From: an uncultured delta proteobacterium
GTDB taxonomy: Bacteria; Desulfobacterota; BSN033; UBA1163
DNA length: 64,000 nucleotides
Direction: 5' to 3'
Assembly: GCA_963827685.1 (NCBI GenBank)
Contig: CAWHBU010000002.1
Coordinates: 640,001 to 704,000 of the forward strand
Shown: positions 1 to 10,328 of the stretch, piece by piece
How the letters are laid out: each line of letters begins with the position of its first letter
Position numbering within the stretch: the first letter of the stretch is position 1
The notes under the pieces: model-generated
Databases searched by the model: none
Told to the model about the DNA's origin: nothing
Seen by the model: the letters and a program-made list of their open reading frames with translations, nothing else
Position numbers and translations under genes: made by a program

Positions 1-254
1 CTCCTTCCCTAAGAGTTCTAAGAGAACGATTGGTCAATAGGGGGGTGGATTCTCTTGAGAGGGTCAAGTTTCGGTTGTCCAATGCCAGAGGAGATATAGA
101 AGAGGCCTATGGGTATCATTATGTGATCGTCAATGATAACATTGAGGATTCCGTTGAGAAATTAAAATCGATCATCATTGCAGAAAGGTGTCGGAGGGGT
201 AAGAATTTGATCCTTGAAGAAAATAAGAGAGAATGGGAGGAAAAGGATGGCTAG
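1..254 (+). CDS. gmk: Guanylate kinase, C-terminal part (5' end outside window)
   Basis: Frame reads [14 protein letters not shown]...[25 protein letters not shown], a typical Gmk C-terminus; directly upstream of rpoZ. Confidence 0.9.
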   Translation, partial: PSLRVLRERLVNRGVDSLERVKFRLSNARGDIEEAYGYHYVIVNDNIEDSVEKLKSIIIAERCRRGKNLILEENKREWEEKDG

Positions 255-477
255 AATAACTGTGCAGGATTGTCTGAGAAAGGTGGAAAGTCGGTTTGAG
301 CTGGTGATCTTGGCAGCCAGAAGGGCGAAGATGATCATGAAAGGTGCCAAGCCATTAGTCGATGCAGATAACCGGCCCATTGTAATGGCTCTTCGAGAGG
401 TGGCTGCAGGAAAGGTGAAGTTTAAACATCCCGAAGACAAGGAAAAAGGGAGTAAACTTTCTGACAATGACTCATGA
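247..477 (+). CDS. rpoZ: RNA polymerase omega subunit
   Basis: [34 protein letters not shown] signature; gmk-rpoZ synteny; ATG at 247. Confidence 0.95.
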   Translation: MARITVQDCLRKVESRFELVILAARRAKMIMKGAKPLVDADNRPIVMALREVAAGKVKFKHPEDKEKGSKLSDNDS

Positions 478-1646
478 AAAAAGGTTTCAGGGACATGAAA
501 GAGGCAGAGGACACTCAGGGAACCGGATTGATCGCGAACCCGGTTTATCATTACATGGTGATGACCGACCGAATAGAAGGGGAGAGGACAGAAAGGGATG
601 TGATCGACACCCCCTGGGTCCAACGCCTTCGGCGCATCTTCCAACTTCAAAGCGCTCGCTGGGTATTTCCCACGGCCGAACATACTCGTTTCCAACACTC
701 CCTTGGGACCATGTACGTCGCAGGGACTTTCTCTGAGCAGCTTTATCCCTCTCTCCTCAAGATTTTCAAAACAGAACTCCCCTCTTTTCCCTATTTAGAT
801 GAGGTCCTTCGCTTGGCTGGGCTCCTCCATGACACGGGACACGGCCCCTTTTGCCATTTCTTTGATGAGCATTATCTTTCTCGGTTCAACACCAATCATG
901 AGGAGATCGGTCAGCAGATCCTCCGAGAAAAAATGTCTTCCCTGTTAAGGGGAATTCGGCGAAGTCCACACGGTCCGTTCGAAAAAGCAGAAGTCCTTGA
1001 TCCGGAACAGATTGCCTTCCTGATTAAGAGGCCCCAAAAGAAGGAGGGGCGAAAACATCCAAAGTGGTTGAAGTTCCTCCAGCAACTCTTTCGAGGAATC
1101 TTTACCTTCGATAATATCGACTACGTGTTGCGAGATGCCTATATGACCGGTGTCTCCATCGGGCCAGTGGATTGGAGGCGACTCCTTTACTACACCTCTT
1201 TTTGCAAGGAGGGCCTGATTTTGGATAAAAGAGGCATGGATGCATTGGCCATGTTTCTCAATGCCCGTCTCTATCTTTATTCCAATGTTTATTATCATCG
1301 AACCACTCGTTCCATTGATCTTCAGTTGCAAGAAATATTTAAAGAGACGATGGAGATTCTCTGTCCGTTTCATCCTTTGAAGGAGATAGACCGATACCTC
1401 TCGCTGACCGATTGGTTTGTGATGGAAAAGGTATCGGAGTGGAAAGGGTCTTTGTCGCCTCGGGAAAGAAAACTGGGAGAAAAGTGGGCTGAGGTGCTTT
1501 CAAGGAAGTTGAAGTGGAGTAGCGTCTTTGAGGAGAAACTTACCCTCAAAGAGATGGAGATGGGACGACCGATCTTCTTAAAACCCGAAGAGGTGAAGCT
1601 GAAAATCAAGGCCTTTTTGTCGAAAGGGAATCTTGTCTTGGGTTAG
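474..1646 (+). CDS. HD-domain phosphohydrolase (dGTPase/SAMHD1-like), C-terminus possibly truncated
   Basis: [41 protein letters not shown] and VYYHRTTR motifs. Confidence 0.85.
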   Translation: MKKGFRDMKEAEDTQGTGLIANPVYHYMVMTDRIEGERTERDVIDTPWVQRLRRIFQLQSARWVFPTAEHTRFQHSLGTMYVAGTFSEQLYPSLLKIFKTELPSFPYLDEVLRLAGLLHDTGHGPFCHFFDEHYLSRFNTNHEEIGQQILREKMSSLLRGIRRSPHGPFEKAEVLDPEQIAFLIKRPQKKEGRKHPKWLKFLQQLFRGIFTFDNIDYVLRDAYMTGVSIGPVDWRRLLYYTSFCKEGLILDKRGMDALAMFLNARLYLYSNVYYHRTTRSIDLQLQEIFKETMEILCPFHPLKEIDRYLSLTDWFVMEKVSEWKGSLSPRERKLGEKWAEVLSRKLKWSSVFEEKLTLKEMEMGRPIFLKPEEVKLKIKAFLSKGNLVLG

Positions 1647-1748
1647 CGCGCGTGTTAAGATACTACTGACTGTTACGAACCATTCCTGGTTCATTTCCGG
1701 GTTTGGTAATCAGAAAAATTTAAGAGAAGAGAGAAAGAAATCGTGGGC

Positions 1749-3083
1749 ATGAGAGAGAACGGATATCAGAAACAAGCGATGGGGATTTACCAATTCATCA
1801 GTGAACACCTGTACTTTAACCGTCCAGACATGGAAATTAAAGGGCAGCGTTTTAATTCGGTGATCCTGCTGAGCCTTCTTACTGGGTTGAGAAAAGGAAA
1901 AGAATTGATCATTGGAGAACCAGGACTGGGGAAGACGACCTCCGCAGAGTATGTCTGTTCGCTCATCTACCAATTCCCATTGGGCGTGATTTGGGGGAGT
2001 GAGGTTTCAGGGCATCCGGAACAAACGGAGGAAAAAATTATTGGCAGACCGGATTTGGGCAAATTGAACCGAGGCGAGGAGGACGTGGTGTGGACCAATT
2101 TCTCCCAAATCCCAGTGAAAATTGTCGATGAGATCAACCGCCTTCCCGAAACCAAACAGAGTATGATCTTGGACGGGGTGGATCGGGGGAATTGGGAATA
2201 CCTTAACGAGATGATCATTAACGATGAATACTGTCTCTTTGCAACGGCCAATTATCAAGATGGAGGGACCAATACGATCATCGCTCCTCTGGTGGATCGA
2301 TTCGATGTCATGGTGGAATCGAGGTACCCCGGAGCCAATCTCTCTTTTCTCATTGGGAAGGAGAAACGAAAAGATCATATCCTGAGGCATCCCAAGTATG
2401 AAAAGGACCTTTATCTCGTTCTGAAATCTAAGATCGCTTATGAGAAGAAGATTCCTAAAATTGAAGAGGTTTGTAATGCCTATGGGGAATATCTTGATGA
2501 GGCATTAGAGGTCAAGTGCTTCCAGAGACAAGATCGTGATCGGATCCGTACAGAAATGGAAACTTTAGAGTTGGACCTCGATGCTAGTGCCTTTACTCGC
2601 ATGCTTCTCGCTGAATTGTCTTTCTGTGAACGGTATGGGCAGAAACGCGTTGTTGAAAACTGTGAAGAAGGTTGTCACTATACGGGGTATCTTTGCCACC
2701 AAATTAAAAACTGTGCCTCCAATCGACTCCCTTCCTCCATGAAGCAATATGCCCAGGGATTGGCATGGTTGTTGGAAGACTCGGAGATCGATATCGAACA
2801 TATCAAGGCAGTCGTCCCCTATACCTTGGCTCATCGGATCCAATGGAAAGATGAGATCCTTTCCCAGAAGGAGAGATCGAAAAGGGATGACCCCTTCCCC
2901 ATTTTTCTTGCAAAGGAAGCGGTGAAAGCGATTTCTCAGAGATACCGAGAGCAAAGCGAACATCTGAAAGATGCGCTGGCGGCCGGATCGAAGATCTTTC
3001 AAGGAGAGGATCTGGAGCCACTGGAAGGGGATCACCCCATTTATGTGGAAGTCAAAAAAGACATCGATGCTCGAAAGAGGTGA
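1749..3083 (+). CDS. MoxR-like AAA+ ATPase
   Basis: Walker A GEPGLGKTT, Walker B KIVDEINR, FATAN sensor, LVDRFD arginine finger, LAHRI lid; Cys cluster FCERY..C..GCHY..LC..NC. Confidence 0.85.
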   Translation: MRENGYQKQAMGIYQFISEHLYFNRPDMEIKGQRFNSVILLSLLTGLRKGKELIIGEPGLGKTTSAEYVCSLIYQFPLGVIWGSEVSGHPEQTEEKIIGRPDLGKLNRGEEDVVWTNFSQIPVKIVDEINRLPETKQSMILDGVDRGNWEYLNEMIINDEYCLFATANYQDGGTNTIIAPLVDRFDVMVESRYPGANLSFLIGKEKRKDHILRHPKYEKDLYLVLKSKIAYEKKIPKIEEVCNAYGEYLDEALEVKCFQRQDRDRIRTEMETLELDLDASAFTRMLLAELSFCERYGQKRVVENCEEGCHYTGYLCHQIKNCASNRLPSSMKQYAQGLAWLLEDSEIDIEHIKAVVPYTLAHRIQWKDEILSQKERSKRDDPFPIFLAKEAVKAISQRYREQSEHLKDALAAGSKIFQGEDLEPLEGDHPIYVEVKKDIDARKR

Positions 3084-3895
3084 GGCGAGAACATTTCTTC
3101 TATCCTGTTTTTGAGGAGTTAGATTTGAAGATGAAATCTTCCATGCCGCCTAAGAAGAGTTCGATCCCCCCCCCGGACAAAGAGAACTGGATCGCCAAGA
3201 ATCCCTTTGAAGAATTTGAGACTTTTGCCGCCTCTGCCCCTGACCTTCCCATGGATCAGATTGTCCAACTCACCGAGGCGGTCATGGATCAGATCCGGTG
3301 GGGATACGAGAAGCTTTTAGAAGAGGAAGCCAAGGAACTTGTCTGGATGGTCCAATACAATACAATCATCAAGGCCTATGAGGTGGCAGAGAAATATGTC
3401 AAGGAGATCGACTATGCCGCAGAGGATATCGAAGACTTCTGTTTTGCCTTAGAGAATACCCAAAGAATTCCGTATCTCATCCCCGGCCCAGCCGGGATCT
3501 ACATTTCTGCTTTGTGTAACTACACGAAGGAAGAAGAGATCTTCCTCAAACTTTCTGAATTGAAAACGGAGATCAATCTCATTGGATTTCGGCTGCCGAA
3601 AGGAAAACGACTGATGATCGAGGGAGACGCCGGTGACTTCACAGGCATTGGGCTTGAAGGTGGAGAATTGGTCATTGAGGGAAATGCAAAGAACTGGACA
3701 GGAGCAGGGATGAGAGGGGGAAAGATTTTAGTCAAGAAGAACATCGGCCTCCATACAGGTGAATGGATGATGGGAGGAGAGATCTATGTGGGAGGGAGAA
3801 TAAGGGGGCTGGGAAATATTGTCGACGGGAAGGTCTACGAGAGGGATAAACTCGTCTATCCTGGAAAGATGCGGTATCCCAATCTCTACTATTAA
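3080..3895 (+). CDS. Protein with C-terminal GXGXG beta-helix (FwdC/glutamate synthase C-terminal-like repeats)
   Basis: Repeats IEGDAGDFTGIGLEGGELVIEGNAKNWTGAGMRGGKILV..GEWMMGGEIYV; overlaps the AAA stop codon (GTGA). Confidence 0.7.
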   Translation: MRREHFFYPVFEELDLKMKSSMPPKKSSIPPPDKENWIAKNPFEEFETFAASAPDLPMDQIVQLTEAVMDQIRWGYEKLLEEEAKELVWMVQYNTIIKAYEVAEKYVKEIDYAAEDIEDFCFALENTQRIPYLIPGPAGIYISALCNYTKEEEIFLKLSELKTEINLIGFRLPKGKRLMIEGDAGDFTGIGLEGGELVIEGNAKNWTGAGMRGGKILVKKNIGLHTGEWMMGGEIYVGGRIRGLGNIVDGKVYERDKLVYPGKMRYPNLYY

Positions 3896-3934
3896 GAATG
3901 AAAAGAAGATTCAAGTGACCCTCAGCGATTAAGT

Positions 3935-5566
3935 ATGGAAGAGAAGAATTTACAATCGATCATTGAAGAGATTTGGCCCAAATTGAGGAAGAAGCATCTC
4001 TACCCTGAAATCCCTATACCCAAGGTTAGGGGAACCCCTGACCCGGAGCAGAGTGAGGCTGAAGAGGATGAAGGCGTTGGGTTGGAGATGAAACAGAAGC
4101 AGATGACCATCAATGGCGCTTTTGTTTCACAGATGAAAGACAAGATGTCGGAGAAAAGAGTCGTCGAGGCTCTTCTTGATCATGGGATTACTCATTACAC
4201 CTTCTGCCCATGGGACTTCCACACCCATCTCAGGCTTTATTCAGAGGCCAAGAAAGTGGTGGGTGATAAAGAATTGGCCAAACAGGTATCGAACCACTTT
4301 ATTGATGTCATTGCAGATACACATTGTGTGAAGAAGAGGTTTACGGAGATTCCAGAATTGCATCGAAACCTGAAGAAAGGGACCGTCGAAGAAGTCATCA
4401 CCTTCCTTTACCAAAAGATTTGGGGAATCGACTTGGGGATTTCCCCCTCCAGGTTGAGCGTGAAAGGACATGCAGATATTGTCCGGAGGCTTGCACGAAT
4501 TCCCTATCTGGATCGCTCAAGGTGGAGAGACAGTATCCAAAAGTTTGCCCGCTCTCTCAAACCCCTTCTCGTTGAAGAACAAAAACAACAAGGGGCCCAG
4601 GGAGGGAAAGGGGAACACAATCCTCAAGGGGATCACGATTTGAACCATTACTCCAACGAAGAGATCGATCAGGGTTTGAGAGATTATGCCAGAGAAGCCA
4701 TGGCTTTGTCCGAATTCAAAGATGTCGTGGAGGACTTTTCTGATGAACTCAAAGAGGCAGGTTATGGGACGGAAGGGGGGATGGGAAGAGGTCAAGGGAA
4801 TCCCATCGATGCAGACGTCCTTTTCTATATGAAGTTGGCAGAAAATTATTCGATCCCTCTGAGGAAATTCCCTTTGGAAGAAAAAGGCTCCCTCCATCCC
4901 TATTCTCATTGTCCCTGGGAGATTGGATCCCCTTTTCAAGATGTAGATATTTGGACTAGTTTTGGAAAGATCATGCCAGGCGTCACCCAGATTTGGACGA
5001 AAAGGGAAGGGAGGGGGAGAGGAAGAATTGGGAGTACTCCTGATTGCTTAATCGCCATCGATTCTTCAGGAAGTATGATCAATCCCCGGAAGAACCTCTC
5101 CTATGCTGTCCTGGGAGCAGCCTGTGCTACCAATGCTTATCTTCAAAATGATTCAAAGGTGGCCGTGTATAATTTCAGCGATGCCCCCATGGGGGGGAAG
5201 GATATTTTGAATTATACGGACCGGCGAGAGGACATCTATCGTGTCCTTTGCAAATATTTTGGTGGTGGTACGGCGTTGGATTTAGAGGATTTAATACCAT
5301 TGATCCGGGGAAGGAACGACTCGGATCTCTTCATCATTACCGATATGAAAATTACTAATCTCGAATCATTGATCGGATTTTTTGGACAGATTCAAAACCG
5401 GGTAACGGCCGTCCACATTGGAGATAACCCTTATGCAGCCCGATTTGAAAGGGCTGTTGAGAAGAGGAAAAATATCAGCATCTATACCGTGAAACGGAAA
5501 GAGGATATTCCTCACATTGTTCTCGGAAGGATCAAGGATTATTTCAATCCGACTTATATAAAGTAA
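3935..5566 (+). CDS. vWA-domain protein (likely MoxR partner)
   Basis: MIDAS IAIDSSGSM, GGGT and IITD; N-terminal DHGITH (degenerate HExxH-like). Confidence 0.8.
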   Translation: MEEKNLQSIIEEIWPKLRKKHLYPEIPIPKVRGTPDPEQSEAEEDEGVGLEMKQKQMTINGAFVSQMKDKMSEKRVVEALLDHGITHYTFCPWDFHTHLRLYSEAKKVVGDKELAKQVSNHFIDVIADTHCVKKRFTEIPELHRNLKKGTVEEVITFLYQKIWGIDLGISPSRLSVKGHADIVRRLARIPYLDRSRWRDSIQKFARSLKPLLVEEQKQQGAQGGKGEHNPQGDHDLNHYSNEEIDQGLRDYAREAMALSEFKDVVEDFSDELKEAGYGTEGGMGRGQGNPIDADVLFYMKLAENYSIPLRKFPLEEKGSLHPYSHCPWEIGSPFQDVDIWTSFGKIMPGVTQIWTKREGRGRGRIGSTPDCLIAIDSSGSMINPRKNLSYAVLGAACATNAYLQNDSKVAVYNFSDAPMGGKDILNYTDRREDIYRVLCKYFGGGTALDLEDLIPLIRGRNDSDLFIITDMKITNLESLIGFFGQIQNRVTAVHIGDNPYAARFERAVEKRKNISIYTVKRKEDIPHIVLGRIKDYFNPTYIK

Positions 5567-5676
5567 ATAATTCTTGACTCTTCTGCTTCAAATCCTGTAA
5601 TCTATTTCCAGATTATTTTTTCCATTAAGAAGAAGAACAGGGTGAATCCCATCGTACGGATCACAGGAGTCTATCC

Positions 5677-6348
5677 ATGGAACAAGAGATCTTAGAGGCA
5701 AGATACACCCATCAAGAGATTATCCAGAAATATAATTGGATTGCACCGATCTATGATTTGTTTGGAATTTTGATGGAGTCAAAAGCCCGTCAACGGGCGT
5801 TGGAGATCGCCGCGATTCAGAATGGAGAAAAGATTCTGGAAGTAGCCCTTGGAACCGGACTCAATTTTGTCGAAATATTGAAGAGGAATCCGAATGGATG
5901 GGTGGATGGAATTGATGTTTCCAAGAAGATGGTGGAGAAGGCAAGAAAAAGGATTTGTAAGACAGGGCAAAAGAATTATACCCTCTATCTCTGTGATTGT
6001 CGGCATCTTCCCTTCGATGACGAAACTTTTGATGTCATCACGACCCAATATCTCTTGGACATCCTCCCGGTTGAGGATTTCATTCCCATTCTTTTGGAGT
6101 TTAGAAGAGTTCTAAAGGATGGAGGCAGAATTGTTTTAGTCAACATGACAAAAGGGGAGAGATGGCTGAATCAAATATATGAAGGGATTTATAAACTAAA
6201 GCCTCCTCTCTTAGCTGGATGCAGAGGGGTTATGGCCCAGCCTTTTCTCGAAAAGATTGGATTCAATCAATTTCACAGGGAATTTGTATCCCAGCTTGGA
6301 TTTCCTTCAGAGGTGGTGCGAGGAATAAAGCAGGATGGGTTTGGCTAA
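5677..6348 (+). CDS. Class I SAM-dependent methyltransferase (UbiE/PmtA-like)
   Basis: ILEVALGTG motif I, GIDVSKKMV, LPFDDETFD, RRVLKDGG. Confidence 0.85.
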   Translation: MEQEILEARYTHQEIIQKYNWIAPIYDLFGILMESKARQRALEIAAIQNGEKILEVALGTGLNFVEILKRNPNGWVDGIDVSKKMVEKARKRICKTGQKNYTLYLCDCRHLPFDDETFDVITTQYLLDILPVEDFIPILLEFRRVLKDGGRIVLVNMTKGERWLNQIYEGIYKLKPPLLAGCRGVMAQPFLEKIGFNQFHREFVSQLGFPSEVVRGIKQDGFG

Positions 6349-6522
6349 GAATTATCGGTAACATATTTGAGATTTGTTAGAATTACATTGATTAAAGATT
6401 AGGCATTTTGCTAATGAAACCTAGAATAGGCCATCTTCCGGTTAATGATGAAGGTTTTCAACAGGGTATTCACAAAATATGTGGGAAACAAATCCAAGCC
6501 GTTAATTTTATATAATAAATTC

Positions 6523-6615
6523 AAAAGGGATCAGTTAGAGGAGGGCCATAACTGATCCCGACCAGTACATCAAATGGGGGTGAAACAAGGAGGTGATATG
6601 GTTTGATGTACTGGC
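6523..6615 (-). ncRNA. Candidate ~93-nt small RNA with two hairpins carrying CCUCC loops
   Basis: 13-bp stem (6562-6574/6602-6614) and 11-bp stem (6527-6537/6549-6559) followed by UUUU on the minus strand; TTGATT-17-TAGTAT promoter at 6651-6623. Confidence 0.55.
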
Positions 6616-6695
6616 TGAAATAATACTAATATATTATGTGAGGAAAATCAATAGTGAGAAAGTATTTGGCATGAGAATTGCTGGAGGATATGGTT

Positions 6696-7223
6696 ATGAA
6701 ACGAATTTCAGTTATTGTTTTGTTTGCCTTTTTCATTTCAGAAATCTCTTTCGCTGAGGTTTACAAATGGGTGGATGAAAAAGGAGCGGTCCACTTCACG
6801 GATGATATGACGCAAGTCCCGGAAAAATATCGACCTAAGGCTGAAGAAGTTGGCTCATCTGAAGAGAAGGAGGAAACAAAATCAGAAGGACAAATAACGC
6901 CCAAGGGAAAAGAGGAGACTTATAAGGATCAATCAGGGAGGGGAGAAGAGTATTGGAAGGGACGAGTGGAGGAATGGAGGAGAAAATTAGGAGAACAACA
7001 AGATAGATTGAAAACGTTGGAAGTTAAATACAATGAATTGACAATGAGGTTCAACGATTCAAAAAGCACGGCTGAGAGGGGAAATCTCCGGAAAGAAAGA
7101 GACCAGGTCAAGAATGAAATGGATCAATGTAAGATCCAAATTGAAGAAGCCAGGGATATGCTGGAAAAAAAGATTCCAGAAGAAGCGGAACTCTATAAAG
7201 CAAAGCCAGAATGGGTAAAATAG
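6696..7223 (+). CDS. DUF4124-family exported protein with coiled-coil C-terminus
   Basis: Signal peptide then EVYKWVDEKGAVHFTDD..VPEKYR. Confidence 0.8.
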   Translation: MKRISVIVLFAFFISEISFAEVYKWVDEKGAVHFTDDMTQVPEKYRPKAEEVGSSEEKEETKSEGQITPKGKEETYKDQSGRGEEYWKGRVEEWRRKLGEQQDRLKTLEVKYNELTMRFNDSKSTAERGNLRKERDQVKNEMDQCKIQIEEARDMLEKKIPEEAELYKAKPEWVK

Positions 7224-7389
7224 TGAAAATATTTCAGGGGCCTTAAAAAAAGTATCCATGCACAAAAATCGATTGAAAAACTGATAACTTTCTATTTTCA
7301 AAGAGAAATTCTCCTTGCCCCATTTTCAATATCCTTGATCGAATAATAAAAATATGACAATTTGTGAAGGGGTTAAGAAAACAATTGTA

Positions 7390-7406
7390 TTGGTATTGTT
7401 CTTGCT
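7390..7406 (+). promoter_or_regulatory. Putative sigma54 promoter upstream of PilZ gene
   Basis: TTGGTATTGTTCTTGCT: GG(7392-93)-N10-GC(7404-05), in AT-rich context. Confidence 0.45.
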
Positions 7407-7553
7407 TATAAATTAAATTTATAAATAATTATTGTATTATGATAGAATATTGACCAAAATCCAAGGCAAAAGTGAGCCTTATGATAGAGAGGGGAGAAAT
7501 GGCATTAAAAATGCGCACTTAGTCGAAAATGGTGCCGAAGAGTCTGATCAAAA

Positions 7554-7952
7554 ATGGACAAAATGAAGAATAATCAATTTATGTCCCAGAGCAAGATGGG
7601 TGTCCTCGCCATCGAAAAGAGGAAATACCCAAGGTTCAGCGTGGAACTGCCCCTCAATTATTCCCGTGCAGATGCGAAAGAAACATTTGGGGGGATGGTA
7701 GCGAATGCGAGCGAGGGGGGACTTCTCGTCTATCTGCCTGAAAGGATCGAGATAGGAGCTTTGTTGAAAATTGAGATATTATACGTGAGAGGTTTGGAAT
7801 TGGATACCATTAGAGCAGTGGCAAAAGTAGTTTGGTGTGATTTGGCTGCCAGGGAAAGCTGGGGCGAGCACCGATATGGATTGCAGTTTCAATATATTGA
7901 TGGAAAAGACTTTGGTCAGTTGACGAGTTTATTGAAAGAGGTGGGAAAATAG
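7554..7952 (+). CDS. PilZ-domain protein (c-di-GMP receptor)
   Basis: EKRKYPRF (RxxxR) and NASEGG (D/NxSxxG) motifs. Confidence 0.85.
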   Translation: MDKMKNNQFMSQSKMGVLAIEKRKYPRFSVELPLNYSRADAKETFGGMVANASEGGLLVYLPERIEIGALLKIEILYVRGLELDTIRAVAKVVWCDLAARESWGEHRYGLQFQYIDGKDFGQLTSLLKEVGK

Positions 7953-8176
7953 AACATTATGGAGGGAGGGAAAAACCTCTTTTTCGAAGTCATTGAGTTA
8001 GAAAAAAATATGTTGAACTATTTTAAGAAATTATTTAAAAATAAGGAGAAGAGCATGAATCCGCCCCGTTCGGGCATCGCTGAGAGGGGACCCTGAATTT
8101 TTCATCCTATGGAAGGTAACTAGAAATCTCCCTTGATATGGTTTAGGAAAAACCTGCTCGGCAGAAAAGGAACATC

Positions 8177-10198
8177 ATGGTTGCATTAAATCAGGAAGAA
8201 GGGAGATACAGAGTCCTCCTCATCGGTATCGGGAATAACACTGAAGAAGAAAAAAATTCCTTCTGTCGTAACATTTCTAAACAATACAGTATTTCCTCCG
8301 CTCTGTTAGAAAAGATCGTTGACCGTTGTCCTGTCATCCTCAAAAAAAATATTTCCTTAATAAAAGCCAAAATTCTTGCTAAGACCTTCAAGTCTTTCGG
8401 GGCAACGGTCTCTATAGAGGAAAGAAGAAATTTTCCACCCATCTCTCTTGAATTTCAGGAATTGGTCCCTCACCGTTTGGCCTTGGAATCCTCCTATCTC
8501 CGGAAGACACAAAGAGGAACATGGAGCGTCATAGGAAGGGCAAAAAATATATCTGATGAGACTTTGAATGACACCTGGGTGCTCACTCAACTTTTTGAAG
8601 ATCTTGAAGAGTTCGTTGCCTTTGAAGAAACTCCTCTCCCCATTAACCCTCTGCCTCCAGGAGAAACCTCTCCCTTTAGGGTAATCTTTGAAGGAGACTT
8701 TTCTATTAAAAGAATTTCCGTTGCCTTTAAGAATGCTTCGGGACAGCCCATTCCGGCAGTAGATGAAAGAAAAAAGAGGGAGTGGGTGGAGGTGGAGAGA
8801 GGAGAGGAAGGGTCTCTTTCTTCTCCCCGGATGTTAACAAAATTCAAAAAGAGGGCCCAGGCCGTTGATCTGACCAAACCTGCAGAAAAAGTAATCCTCA
8901 CAAAGGAGAAAGAAATCCAAGAAGAGACACCCCTCTTCATGGAGCAGGAAGTGGGGGTTCCCCTTGAAAAAGAAATAAGAGAAGAACAGGGAGGAGATGC
9001 CGAAAGAATCTCTGAGGATTCCCTTTCGGCAACCCTTGAACCTTTAGAAAAAGTCTTGGAGTCCTCCTTGAGTATGCTCGAAGAGAATAGCTACCCAGGA
9101 GGAGAGGAACCAGAGAAAGCCTTAGGACATGAAACCTTCGAGGAATCTGCTCGGCCTACGCCGGAAAAAACGGAAGAAAAGATAGATGAAGCGGCTTTGG
9201 GTGAGTTAGAGATACCCTCTGTTGAGGTGAAAGTGGCTGAAGAGTCATGCTTTGACGCTTCTGTATTTGAGGAACCTACGCAATTGCTGAAGGATATCTC
9301 TGGGCGTCCAGGAGAAGGAGAGGTTGAAGAAAAAGCGGAGGAGAGTGAAGGAGACGTAGTGAAAGAAGAAGGAGTGAGAGAAGAACCTGCAGAGAAAGAG
9401 GGGGGGGCTTCGTTCTCCTGGATGGAATATTTTAGAAAAGCAGTGGAAACTTATCATCAAAGACCCCATGATATTTTTTCGATATGGTTTGAGGAACGTC
9501 GAGGGGGAGGTGAATTTAGAAATTCCTTTCATGCTCTTTTGACCATATTCGTTCATTCCCGATTTGACCAAGGGAATGAGTCTATCAAAGCATTGGAAAA
9601 CACCCAAAAGGTATTCCGACTCATCGTTCAGCCGAATCTTGCACTTGATGAGATACCGTTTCTTGAAGGGACACGCTTTGCATCAGGAGAAGTTTGGAGA
9701 GATCTGTTTCATCGAGCACTCCCTAAGGTCCACCAGATTGGAAATGCTGTTCTTGAAAGAAATAAATGGAACGCATTTGATTTAGAACGGTTGATTCAGG
9801 TGATTCCTCATATGGACCATCGAAACAGCCGGAGGGCGACCCGATTAATCAACGAATTGATTGCGGATGTCGTGGAAGTGGGTTTTTCAGACACCCCCGT
9901 AACCATCGGAGAAGATCTCTACAGAGTTGCCTCTCGGTTAGGCGTTGTGGATCCCGATCTCGACTATTATCAAGGTGGAAATTCGACGGCAGATATCAAA
10001 ATTCAATCTTTTGCAAAAGCCGCTTTTCCTCAGAACCCTGTCAAGGTCGAGGAACCGATGGCCTGCATGGGGAGCGGAGAAGAGCGAGGAGGGCATTGTT
10101 TCCCTGTCCAACCATGGTGCGAGGGGTGCCTCTTCGAAGCCTTCTGCCCAAAGCTTCACGTTCTCTTTAAGCCATCAGAAAAAGGGATGAGAGAGTGA
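8177..10198 (+). CDS. Multidomain protein: L7/L12-CTD-like + FxLYD-like + acidic linker + degenerate endonuclease III-like domain with [4Fe-4S] motif
   Basis: PVILKKNIS..KAKILAKTFKSFGATVSIE; VIGRAKNISDE..LPPGETSPF; C-terminal C-x6-C-x2-C-x5-C (CFPVQPWCEGCLFEAFC). Confidence 0.6.
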   Translation: MVALNQEEGRYRVLLIGIGNNTEEEKNSFCRNISKQYSISSALLEKIVDRCPVILKKNISLIKAKILAKTFKSFGATVSIEERRNFPPISLEFQELVPHRLALESSYLRKTQRGTWSVIGRAKNISDETLNDTWVLTQLFEDLEEFVAFEETPLPINPLPPGETSPFRVIFEGDFSIKRISVAFKNASGQPIPAVDERKKREWVEVERGEEGSLSSPRMLTKFKKRAQAVDLTKPAEKVILTKEKEIQEETPLFMEQEVGVPLEKEIREEQGGDAERISEDSLSATLEPLEKVLESSLSMLEENSYPGGEEPEKALGHETFEESARPTPEKTEEKIDEAALGELEIPSVEVKVAEESCFDASVFEEPTQLLKDISGRPGEGEVEEKAEESEGDVVKEEGVREEPAEKEGGASFSWMEYFRKAVETYHQRPHDIFSIWFEERRGGGEFRNSFHALLTIFVHSRFDQGNESIKALENTQKVFRLIVQPNLALDEIPFLEGTRFASGEVWRDLFHRALPKVHQIGNAVLERNKWNAFDLERLIQVIPHMDHRNSRRATRLINELIADVVEVGFSDTPVTIGEDLYRVASRLGVVDPDLDYYQGGNSTADIKIQSFAKAAFPQNPVKVEEPMACMGSGEERGGHCFPVQPWCEGCLFEAFCPKLHVLFKPSEKGMRE

Positions 10199-10328
10199 TT
10201 TAAATATCCGCTTTGCTTCAGGCTTACATTTGAATTCCATCGAAGTATTGGAAGAGGTTTTTTGGGCGGATATCCATCTGGAAAAGCGCCGGCGGGATGG
10301 AGGTTAATGATTTCAGCTTGCTAAAGGA

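Noticed and set aside
6666-6682. Sigma54 promoter TTGGCATGAGAATTGC
   Set aside because: Good GG-N10-GC match, but the implied start site would fall downstream of the DUF4124 RBS; left unresolved
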